Of a DNA stretch of 11,820 nucleotides, positions 1-8,052 are shown in pieces (the first letter of the stretch is position 1; each line of letters opens with the position of its first letter). The translations under genes and the position numbers were made by a program. Under the pieces are notes generated by a model that worked only from the letters and a program-made list of their open reading frames with translations, was not told the origin of the DNA and made no database searches. Source of the DNA: Alphaproteobacteria bacterium (GTDB lineage Bacteria; Pseudomonadota; Alphaproteobacteria; UBA8317); the NCBI GenBank assembly GCA_038131935.1, contig JAYPQH010000041.1, positions 1-11,820 on the forward strand, read 5' to 3'.

Positions 1-26
1 GCTCTATCCAGTTGAGCTACGGGCGC
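1..26 (-). tRNA. tRNA, 5' portion only (acceptor 5' strand + D arm), most likely tRNA-Arg; continues beyond the window's left edge
   Basis: Reverse complement of 1-26 reads GCGCCCG-TA-GCTC-AACTGGATA-GAGC, a typical tRNA-Arg 5' end with a GCTC/GAGC D stem. The anticodon lies outside the window, so the isotype is inferred. Confidence 0.85.
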
Positions 27-75
27 TAAGATCTGAGTCATCTATCAGACTTTTTTTATCCTTACCACTGCTAGA

Positions 76-381
76 TTAGTGAGACCAAGGCTGTTTTCTG
101 CTGTAAGAAAAATTTGAAGAATAAGATTTAGGCTTCATTGCCATTTTTGCGCCTACTTCTACTTCCAGTTCAATATTATTTTTAGAGGCAAAAGCTTGGG
201 CTTGCTCTATTGTATCAAAACTTAACTCCACCTGCTGCCAAGTCGAGGTTGTGCCGTTCCAACCCATGAGAGGGTCTCTTTTGAATTGGCCATCATGAAT
301 GATTTCAAGCGCCCATTTGCGTGTTTTTGCCTGTCCAGAAGACATTGTACTCTTTGTTGGTTGAAACAGTCTTGCTTTCAT
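76..381 (-). CDS. ETC complex I subunit conserved-region protein (NDUFS4-like accessory subunit of NADH:ubiquinone oxidoreductase)
   Basis: 101 aa with family motifs 'ARLFQPTKSTMSSG..KT..W', 'DPLMGW', 'QQVELSFDT.EQA.AFA', 'KPKSYS.NF'. RBS GAGGTG lies just upstream of the ATG. Confidence 0.92.
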   Translation of the reverse strand: MKARLFQPTKSTMSSGQAKTRKWALEIIHDGQFKRDPLMGWNGTTSTWQQVELSFDTIEQAQAFASKNNIELEVEVGAKMAMKPKSYSSNFSYSRKQPWSH

Positions 382-452
382 ATGACACCTCAGTTTTCTT
401 GAGCTTATTAAGTCTTTTCACAGAAAATTGAAAGATTGACGGTAAAAATTTA

Positions 453-1343
453 TTAGAGTTTTGTAGCTATTGAAGGTGGAGTGGTTTGCCGAGACTTTAA
501 TTTTGCTTCTCTATGGGCAATGAATGTGGTGGCGGAAACGACAACCCCTCCCCAATAAGAACAAAATATCACGGCTTCTTGAAAGAATAGAATACCCAAG
601 ACACTAGCCCAGACCAACTGAAGGAACGTGATTGGCTGTGTTAACGTCAAAGGTGCAATTTTTATGGCTCTGGTCATGGTATAATGACCAGACGTTGCAA
701 GAATTGCCGTCAAAAAAAGCAATCCTAAATCGACCCATGATGGATGTACCCAAACCGCCCAAGCAAAAGGAAACAGCGTTAAAGTACAGAAAAATGATAG
801 CATGCCAACAATAACAGATGGTGACGCATTATCAGAAACCGTTTTGGCAATAAGATAGGAGCATGCAAATAATGGTCCTGCTGAAAGCTGTGCCAATTGC
901 CCCCAACCAATCTCAACAAAGCCAGGACGAAGTATGATTAATGCGCCGATAAATGCGACTATAATGGCGATAATTCTCCGAAATTGTATCACTTCTCCAA
1001 GGAATATCACCGCACCAATGGAGACAAATATGGGAACCAAATAACCAAGTGCTGTGACCTCAGCCATGGGAACATGTGCCATTGCGTAAAACCACAGCAT
1101 GACACCAATACCATGAAACACCCCCCTAAAGGCGTAAAATTGCCAATGTTTTTTTGAAGGCCAATGGGTTATCAATCCACCCATAAACGGAAGCATCAGA
1201 AAAAGTCCCAACCCATATCTAATGAAAGCCATCTGCGGGGCTGGTAGACTTGTACCAACATACCTCACAGCAGCCGTTACCAGTGCAAATAGTAGGGTTG
1301 TGGCGACCATCCACAAAACACCTTCGAGCATCTTATTGCCCAT
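453..1343 (-). CDS. EamA/DMT (drug/metabolite transporter) family permease
   Basis: About 10 hydrophobic segments in two EamA repeats, with motifs 'AFIRY', 'AEVTALGYLVPIFVSIGAVIFLGE', 'LIILRPG', 'QPITFLQLVWASVLGILFFQE'. Strong RBS GGAGG upstream. The C-terminal TM region has a short, compensated frameshifted stretch (about 550-572). Confidence 0.92.
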   Translation of the reverse strand: MGNKMLEGVLWMVATTLLFALVTAAVRYVGTSLPAPQMAFIRYGLGLFLMLPFMGGLITHWPSKKHWQFYAFRGVFHGIGVMLWFYAMAHVPMAEVTALGYLVPIFVSIGAVIFLGEVIQFRRIIAIIVAFIGALIILRPGFVEIGWGQLAQLSAGPLFACSYLIAKTVSDNASPSVIVGMLSFFCTLTLFPFAWAVWVHPSWVDLGLLFLTAILATSGHYTMTRAIKIAPLTLTQPITFLQLVWASVLGILFFQEAVIFCSYWGGVVVSATTFIAHREAKLKSRQTTPPSIATKL

Positions 1344-1367
1344 AGAACCTCCAAAGGATATGGGGAG

Positions 1368-1399
1368 TGGTGCACTTCATTACCTAACGATGTGCACCA
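1368..1399. promoter_or_regulatory. Inverted repeat TGGTGCAC-N16-GTGCACCA in the divergent DMT/LysE intergenic region (possible operator or RNA hairpin)
   Basis: Perfect 8-bp arms at 1368-1375 and 1392-1399, extendable inward by 2 bp after one mismatch. Function is inferred from position only. Confidence 0.35.
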
Positions 1400-1440
1400 T
1401 ACCTAGACATGACAAATTCATCTTAAAGGAATATTTTTTT

Positions 1441-2037
1441 TTGTTAAGCTTCGCTGTTGCTTTTTTCTTCTTAATTGTTACCCCCGGACCAGCGGTGTTA
1501 TCCCTCGCTGCCATTGGTGCAGCGTTTGGAACTCGCCCCGCCCTCTCATATATGCTGGGATTATTTATAGGTGTAAATTTGGTAGGACTGGTGATTGCAA
1601 CGGGTCTTGCCGCAGTTTTGCTGGCAAGTGATGTTATTCGCACCATTCTTTTATTTCTATCATTAGGTTATTTGGTCTATCTGGCCAGTCAAATTGCATT
1701 TGCAGGCTCTAAAATAGCTTTTGTTGCTAGAACATCGCAGCCAAATGTCTTTAATGGCATCACCCTCATGCTCATTAATCCAAAGGCATATGCCGTAAAC
1801 ACATCTTTATTCACAGGTTTTGCCTTTTTGCCTGATAATCCAGTTTTAGAAATCATTATCAAATTTCTTATCATGGCCGTCATTTGGTTGCCTGTACATG
1901 TTTTGTGGATGTATGCAGGAATTATTCTGCGACGCTTAGATCTGCCAGCACATACACAACGTGCCATCAATATATTTATGGCTGGTTGCATGCTCTTGGT
2001 CGTAGCTTTAGCTTTGTTTGCACAATACCAACAATAA
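1441..2037 (+). CDS. LysE/RhtB family amino-acid translocator
   Basis: Motifs 'FFLIVTPGPAVL', 'YLVYLA..IA', 'G...MLINPKAY'. The likely start is TTG at 1441 after AAGGAA (1426-1431), giving about 198 aa, typical for the family. The longer ORF from 1222 overlaps the DMT gene. Confidence 0.9.
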   Translation: MLSFAVAFFFLIVTPGPAVLSLAAIGAAFGTRPALSYMLGLFIGVNLVGLVIATGLAAVLLASDVIRTILLFLSLGYLVYLASQIAFAGSKIAFVARTSQPNVFNGITLMLINPKAYAVNTSLFTGFAFLPDNPVLEIIIKFLIMAVIWLPVHVLWMYAGIILRRLDLPAHTQRAINIFMAGCMLLVVALALFAQYQQ

Positions 2038-2045
2038 ACCACATT

Positions 2046-3296
2046 CTAAGCTTCTCGTTCCATGGCATTTTCTTGAACCATAGACGTCACCACAACTGTT
2101 CCCCGCACGGGATTGGGTGAAAAAATAGTTCTGTCTTCCAAAGGCGGAGCCTCGCGGACATTCATTCGGTACAGCACAAAAACCAACAACATAAATGTAC
2201 AACAGCCAATAAATATAAGGGGACCGGAAGGTCCTAAGACCGTCTGAAAAACAGACGAGCCAATGGGGCCGAGTATTGCGCCAGCAGCATTAACGAGCAA
2301 CAAAATAGCAGATGCTCCAACCATTTGCTCTGGTGCCAAATTGTCATTCGTATAGGCAATGGAAATTCCATATAGAGAAAACGCTGTAGAAGCCGCCAAA
2401 ACGTAAAAGCCTAGCATCGTAACCGTCCCTATAACCTGCCAATGATAAGCCTGCGCAGCACCCCAACACAAAAATGTTGTGACCGCCATCATGATTGCAA
2501 TCATCAAACGCCGATCCATATAATCTGACATTCTTCCAAGTGGCCAAGGCGTCAATCCACCTGCAACAAAAATAGCAGCCATAAACAGTGATATATTTAC
2601 GGTAGACAAACCTTGATCTGCTGCGAACACAGGAGAATAAGACAAATAAGAGCCAATCAGGAAGCCTGAGAACAAGGTCCCCATAAACCCCACCGGTGAT
2701 GCACGGAATATATCTACAAGCGTGACATCGGACTTCTGCTCAAAGGGGGGTGCAGGAGCTGCGGTGAGAAGAAGAGGAATAAGACCAATAGATACCAATA
2801 TGGAGGCAACAACAAACAATATTATGGTGGATGGACTTGCTACGTTAAGAAAAGCTTGCCCTCCTAGTGCCCCAACAACCGTTACAATGGTATACACAGA
2901 GAGCAGCTGCCCCCTACTTTCGTTTGTTGCTTGAGAATTTATCCAACTCTCTACAACAACATAAACCGCCGCGAAGCTCACACCAATTACGAATCGAAGA
3001 AGAAACCAACCAACAGGACTTATCCATAAACCCATCAGCAAGATGGCTGCTGAGGCAATAGATGCCATGGCGGCAAAAACACGAATGTGACCAACCCGTC
3101 TGATAAGTGATGATGCCCAAAATACACCAACCAAGAAGCCAGCAAAATAGGCTGACATAATAATACCAGATAATAACGGGGAAAATCCTTCCATTTGGGA
3201 ACGAATTCCTAATAAAGATCCTTGTAGACCGTTTCCAACCAACAATAAAAACAAGCCAGAAAAAAGCGCCCAATAATTTGAAATAATTTTAATCAT
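2046..3296 (-). CDS. MFS transporter (YcaD-like)
   Basis: 12-TM pattern with motifs 'GNGLQGSLLGIR', 'SAYFAGFLVG', 'RRVGHIRVFA', 'ESWIN', 'RGQLLSVY', 'GRMSDYMDRR'. Start placed at the ATG of MIKIISNYWALF (3296). Confidence 0.92.
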   Translation of the reverse strand: MIKIISNYWALFSGLFLLLVGNGLQGSLLGIRSQMEGFSPLLSGIIMSAYFAGFLVGVFWASSLIRRVGHIRVFAAMASIASAAILLMGLWISPVGWFLLRFVIGVSFAAVYVVVESWINSQATNESRGQLLSVYTIVTVVGALGGQAFLNVASPSTIILFVVASILVSIGLIPLLLTAAPAPPFEQKSDVTLVDIFRASPVGFMGTLFSGFLIGSYLSYSPVFAADQGLSTVNISLFMAAIFVAGGLTPWPLGRMSDYMDRRLMIAIMMAVTTFLCWGAAQAYHWQVIGTVTMLGFYVLAASTAFSLYGISIAYTNDNLAPEQMVGASAILLLVNAAGAILGPIGSSVFQTVLGPSGPLIFIGCCTFMLLVFVLYRMNVREAPPLEDRTIFSPNPVRGTVVVTSMVQENAMEREA

Positions 3297-3450
3297 AAAT
3301 TTGGCATTACAAAAATTTTGGTGGCAACAATGACGCACCCAACAACCACCTGCCCATCAGGTTGCAAATCCTAACAACAACGGTAAAAGCGCACAACCGC
3401 ATAAAGCTAATCCAAAAACAACCCGGCGTATTAACTAATTAGGAGAAAAA

Positions 3451-3526
<76 letters not shown>

Positions 3527-3597
3527 ACATCGCAGCTGATTGCCACAAACCTACGCACACTGCAAGAAGCATCACAAAAAGAAAAAACACATTGGGG

Positions 3598-4005
3598 TCA
3601 AAAACATTTTGCATAATGTTTGTCTGTGGGCATTGTCATCTGTACAGGGCTTTCATTCAAGCGCCCTGTAATCGTTTCGATAACATATTTTACATTACCA
3701 TGAGAACCAAACATATCCAAACTGAGTGGTTTTCTTTTCTTGAACGCGTCAAGAAGCAATCCGTTTTCATCAAAAAAATACACATCTAGAGAAACGACGG
3801 TATTTTTCATCCAAAAATTCATTGGCCGAGGAGGCTCAAAAACAAACAACATCCCGTCGCCAATTTCACCTTCGGACATAAACATGACGCCTTGTTCATG
3901 CTCTTTCTGGCTATCTGCGATAAGCACATGCAACAAACAGGAACGACCACGATCAAAATCAACAAGCACCCAAGATCGAGCTTGTTGATTTTTTTGCAGA
4001 AGCAA
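3598..4005 (-). CDS. DUF192 family protein (true start probably further upstream, about 4054, across a frameshift)
   Basis: Motifs 'V.IADS..E..QGVMF', 'GMLFVFEPPR..NFWMKNT.VSLDVYFFD..G', 'VKYVIE..TG' match the DUF192 signature. Confidence 0.88.
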   Translation of the reverse strand: MLLQKNQQARSWVLVDFDRGRSCLLHVLIADSQKEHEQGVMFMSEGEIGDGMLFVFEPPRPMNFWMKNTVVSLDVYFFDENGLLLDAFKKRKPLSLDMFGSHGNVKYVIETITGRLNESPVQMTMPTDKHYAKCF

Positions 4006-4046
4006 AACTGATACAAAAACCGCAAATCAGACTTACATATAACGCC

Positions 4047-5285
4047 TTAATCAGATTTTTGAATACGAAGCATCTTGGCAACGACATAAGATATACCAGC
4101 AGCAAAGAAGGAGAATAATGCCCCCATCTTGGCAGCATCCTGAACATTGCCCGCAGGAAACGCAACTGTTGCCACAAAGAGCGACACTGTGAAACCAATC
4201 GCAGCAATACAGCCTAGTAGAAAGAGATCCTTACTATTCATACCTTCAGGCAAGCCTAACTTTAGGGTTGATGCTGCAAACATACCCATCAACCAAATTC
4301 CAATCGGCTTTCCAATAAGCAATCCAATCAAAACGGCCCATGTTGCATCGCCCATGGCTGAGAATTCGACGCCTGCGTTGCACAAACCAAACAACAACAA
4401 AATGACGTCAACAGGGGCAAGCATGCTATGTTCAAAGCGGTTAAGAAGATCATCTTTATGATGTTCATCTTGAGAAAAGATCCCAAAATCCGTATCAGCG
4501 TGGGGTATTGTGGGTATGATTGGCAAAAGGCCCAATGCCGGGTGCAAACCAGCAAGATAAAATCCATACCAGGAAACAGCTCCCATGAGTAAGAACGGCC
4601 AATAAGAAAAGTTCCGTGCAAACGCCGTTGAATATGGCTTTTCAGCATTATCTCCATCAAGCATTTTTGGAAGTCGATTGAAGACCATGTAAGCAAAGGC
4701 TGCTGCACCTAATGACAACAACAAATATTCGGGAGCCACTTCTTTGGTGGGATAAAATATAGCCAGAATAACAAGACCAGCAGCATCATCAACGATCGCT
4801 AACATCAACAGGAAGCGAACAGCAGGATGACCAGAACCAAACAACAAACGACCAATAAGATAAGAAAATGCAATATCAGTTGCTGTAGGAATGGCCCAAC
4901 CATTTGATAGAATAGCCATCTTCCCCATCACAATAGCAGTAAGAAGATAGGCACCCGCTGGCCCTACCATGCCCCCAACGGTTGCAATCACTGGTGTCAG
5001 TGCCTTCTTACCTCGTAAACTACCAGACTTGAGGCCTACAGCCTCCCACACTTCCTTTCCAGCAATAGCAAAAAACAGTGCCATTAAAATTTCATTGGTT
5101 AAGAAATGTAAGGAAATTTCTTTATGACCATCATAATAATGGCCAACATAATCATTTGTGAAAATGGTGGCATGAATAAAATGATGGTAGCTGTCTGGGG
5201 ACGTGTTCGCCCAAATTAAAGCAGCAATGGCACCGAAAACCAATAAGAGTGAATATTCATTCAGTATGTTCCAAATTCGAACCAT
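4047..5285 (-). CDS. nhaA: Na+/H+ antiporter NhaA family
   Basis: 412 aa with motifs 'ALIWAN', 'LMALFF', 'GGMVGPA', 'GWAIPTATDIAF', 'FLLMLAIVDD' (paired Asp), 'LFGLCNAGV', 'GKPIGI', 'IGFTVSLFVA'. Confidence 0.95.
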   Translation of the reverse strand: MVRIWNILNEYSLLLVFGAIAALIWANTSPDSYHHFIHATIFTNDYVGHYYDGHKEISLHFLTNEILMALFFAIAGKEVWEAVGLKSGSLRGKKALTPVIATVGGMVGPAGAYLLTAIVMGKMAILSNGWAIPTATDIAFSYLIGRLLFGSGHPAVRFLLMLAIVDDAAGLVILAIFYPTKEVAPEYLLLSLGAAAFAYMVFNRLPKMLDGDNAEKPYSTAFARNFSYWPFLLMGAVSWYGFYLAGLHPALGLLPIIPTIPHADTDFGIFSQDEHHKDDLLNRFEHSMLAPVDVILLLFGLCNAGVEFSAMGDATWAVLIGLLIGKPIGIWLMGMFAASTLKLGLPEGMNSKDLFLLGCIAAIGFTVSLFVATVAFPAGNVQDAAKMGALFSFFAAGISYVVAKMLRIQKSD

Positions 5286-5424
5286 CGTTCACCACCCCGT
5301 GAAAATAAACTTTTTTTGTAGATTATAACATCTTGCGTGTTACATGAAAGGCAGGTGAAAAGGTCATAGTATTTTTCTATAAAGTCAAGCGGCCACCGCA
5401 AAAGATATGTTAAGGAGAACATTC

Positions 5425-6021
5425 ATGAAACTTGAAGGCGAACGAATTTTACCAGCAGATTGCGAAACCGTATGGGCTGCGCTTAACAACCCAGAAATAT
5501 TGCGCCAATCCATACCAGGTTGCCAAGATCTTCAAGCAGAAGACGACACCCATTTAACAGCGACCGTAGGCATCAAAATTGGTCCAGTGGCTGCAAAATT
5601 TTCGGGCAAAGTTGAACTGCAAGATATGAACCCGCCTCACTCCTACACATTGGTAGGATCTGGATCCGGTGGGCCTGCTGGTTCTGCCAGAGGTGAAGCA
5701 AAGGTGCATTTGGAACCGCATGATGAAGGTTGCAAAATGTCCTATAATGTCGATGCTGCTGTATCAGGAAAATTGGCCCAGCTTGGACAACGAATGATCG
5801 ATCCAGTTGCTCGAAAACTAGCAGAACAGTTCTTTGATCGCTTTTCTGATATCATCAAGCAATCACATCAAGACACAGACACCCCAAATGACATAGATCA
5901 GACAGAAGAAAGCACTCCTGAGACAAACAGGGCTCAAAAACAGGGCATTCCTCAATGGGTCTGGTTTGCTGGGGTCGCAGGCGCTGTTCTACTCTATCTT
6001 TTGTTGGGCACTTCACAATAA
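5425..6021 (+). CDS. coxG: Carbon monoxide dehydrogenase subunit G-like (SRPBCC/CoxG) with C-terminal membrane anchor
   Basis: Motifs 'VWAALNNPEILRQSIPGC', 'KIGPVAAKFSGKV', 'GKLAQLGQRMID..A.KLAEQFF', then an acidic/polar linker and a hydrophobic C-terminal helix. RBS AAGGAG (5412-5417) precedes the ATG at 5425. Confidence 0.92.
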   Translation: MKLEGERILPADCETVWAALNNPEILRQSIPGCQDLQAEDDTHLTATVGIKIGPVAAKFSGKVELQDMNPPHSYTLVGSGSGGPAGSARGEAKVHLEPHDEGCKMSYNVDAAVSGKLAQLGQRMIDPVARKLAEQFFDRFSDIIKQSHQDTDTPNDIDQTEESTPETNRAQKQGIPQWVWFAGVAGAVLLYLLLGTSQ

Positions 6022-6907
6022 TGACAATGAACAACCCTCAGACATTACATAATCTTCTCCAAAGCACTGGTTATCTTCCTCCATCTGACCTTACGACCAG
6101 TCTTTTTTTAGCTTGTAAAATGCATCGTCCCCTTTTGCTGGAAGGTGAGGCTGGGATTGGTAAAACAGAATTGGCCAAAGCACTCGCTAGGGCCATGAAT
6201 ATCCCACTTATAAGGCTACAATGTTATGAGGGTATTGATGTTCATCAGGCTGTTTATGAGTGGGATTATGCTCGCCAGTATCTCGAAATCCAATTGGCCC
6301 AAAGCCAAAACAAAAATATAGTTGCAGATGACCTTTTTACAGACTCATACCTCCTCCAACGGCCATTATTACGATCGTTGTTCCAACCGTCTGCGTCTGT
6401 ACTGCTCATAGATGAACTAGACAGATCTGATGAAGCTTTTTGAGGCATTTTTACTGGAATTTCTCGGAATACCAAATAACCATTCCAGAATTGGACGTTA
6501 ACCGCAAAAGAAAACCTTATGTTATCATCACATCCAACCGCACAAGAGAGCTTTCTGATGCGCTAAAAAGGCGATGTTTGTATCAATGGTTAGAGTATCC
6601 TGATCGATCGCGTGAGCGTGATATTTTGCATCAAAAATTTCCACAATTGTCTAAAACATTATCTGATGAGATCACATCATTTGTTCATGAAATGAGAGAT
6701 ATGAACATGATCAAAAACCCAGGTATTGCTGAAACATTAGACTGGGCTCAAGCCCTCATCGCACTTGATGCCATGGCACTTGAGCCAGAAATCATTCAAC
6801 AATCCTTGGGAGTTCTCTTGAAGCATCAAGAAGATATACAGAGAATCCAACAGGGTGACCTAAAAAAAATCATCCAGGATACCCGGAGGAAAGCTAGCCA
6901 GCCGTGA
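6021..6907 (+). CDS. coxD: MoxR-family AAA+ ATPase CoxD, frameshifted near 6437-6515 (probable sequence errors)
   Basis: Walker A 'LLLEGEAGIGKTE', 'LIRLQCYEGID', Walker B 'LLIDELDRSDE', 'ITSNRTRELSDALKRRCLY', 'PGIAETLDW'. The coding sequence is split over ORFs 5955-6443 and 6440-6907, and the conserved 'EAFLLEFL' lies in the third frame at 6442-6465. The ATG at 6021 overlaps the coxG stop (TAATG). Confidence 0.9.
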
Positions 6908-8052
6908 ACGATCAAGATGGCAAAATGCTCGAAAATTTAGGGGAATTTACAAGAGCTTTGCGTGGAGCTGGCCTCAACGTGTCTTTGTCCGACACAGTGC
7001 ATGCATGCAATGTGATGGCGCTTTTACCCATAGGTGAGAGACAAGCACTCAAAGATGGGTTGCGCGCCACCATGACACGTTGCCCTGAAGAGTATGATGT
7101 TTTTGATCAAACATTCGATATATTTTTCAAAAATCATGATTTATTTGAGCGTTTGATGGCGCCATTAATGCCTGTGAGCAAAACGGAGGACAATAAGAAA
7201 CCCGCACCGTTACAGCGTGTACAACAAGCTTTTGGTCGCCAAAACAACACCCAAACTTTGCAAGAAGAAGAATGGGAGTTTGACCGCTCATCAACTGCTT
7301 CAAGTTTAGAACGCTTACAGCATAAAGATTTTGAGCAAATGACAAGTGATGAATATCGTGATGCCATCAAAACCATTCATCGTTTGATCCAAAAACTACC
7401 AAAGTTACCCACCAGACGCGTTCAACCTGCGCGACGTGGCATTCCTGATATGAACCGATCATTACGTGCATCACTGCGCCGACCTATGGCACCAGCAAAG
7501 CTTGTTACAGTAGCACCAAGGCTTGCGCCACAACCTTTAATAATTCTTGTCGATATATCAGGATCCATGGAACAATATGCGCGTATATTTTTGCATTTCA
7601 TGCATGCCTTGGGACAAAAACATCGAAGAATACATATGTTTACTTTTGGCACCAGACTTACCAAGATTACCGGCTTTTTGCGCACAAAAGACGTAGATAA
7701 GGCAATTTTTGACACCAGCAACGCTGTCAAAGATTGGTCTGGAGGCACCAATATTGGATCGACCTTACAAGATTTTGCCCGCCAGCATGCAGGTTCATTA
7801 TCGCTCGCAAAAAGCCATGTACTACTTGTAACAGATGGCCTTGAGCGTGGAGATGTTAGCACCTTAGAGGGCTCTATGAAATTTTTGTCTCTGCGCACAA
7901 AAAAAATGACATGGTTAAATCCCCTCCTCAGGTACGAACAATTCGAACCTAAAGCGCGCGGTATTAAAGCCATCCTTCCCTATGTTGACGAATTCAAACC
8001 AGTGCATAACTTATCGTCTTTAGAGGAACTAGCACGGAGCCTATATCCATGA
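6904..8052 (+). CDS. coxE: VWA-domain protein CoxE
   Basis: MIDAS motif 'LVDISGSM', plus 'F.RALRGAGL', 'FTFGTRLT.IT', 'DWSGGTNIG', 'VTDGLER', 'WLNPLLRY..FEP.ARG'. The GTG start overlaps the coxD stop (GTGA). Confidence 0.92.
   Translation: MNDQDGKMLENLGEFTRALRGAGLNVSLSDTVHACNVMALLPIGERQALKDGLRATMTRCPEEYDVFDQTFDIFFKNHDLFERLMAPLMPVSKTEDNKKPAPLQRVQQAFGRQNNTQTLQEEEWEFDRSSTASSLERLQHKDFEQMTSDEYRDAIKTIHRLIQKLPKLPTRRVQPARRGIPDMNRSLRASLRRPMAPAKLVTVAPRLAPQPLIILVDISGSMEQYARIFLHFMHALGQKHRRIHMFTFGTRLTKITGFLRTKDVDKAIFDTSNAVKDWSGGTNIGSTLQDFARQHAGSLSLAKSHVLLVTDGLERGDVSTLEGSMKFLSLRTKKMTWLNPLLRYEQFEPKARGIKAILPYVDEFKPVHNLSSLEELARSLYP

Noticed and set aside
32-57. TCTGA-N8-TCAGA hairpin followed by T7, resembling an intrinsic terminator
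   Set aside because: The stem is only 5 bp and weak, and the T-tract is on the plus strand whereas both flanking genes are on the minus strand.
1222-1440. N-terminal extension of the LysE ORF (271 aa version)
   Set aside because: It overlaps the DMT gene on the opposite strand and has no family-like sequence. The SD-like AAGGAA plus TTG at 1441 gives the normal LysE length.
3297-3450. CRISPR-like or tandem repeat array from recurring CAACAA units
   Set aside because: The units are only 4-7 nt, irregularly spaced, and have no repeat-spacer structure.
5326-5342. CtrA or ModE binding site upstream of coxG
   Set aside because: It does not match TTAA-N7-TTAA (CtrA) or the TATAT-N7-TAYAT core of ModE boxes.
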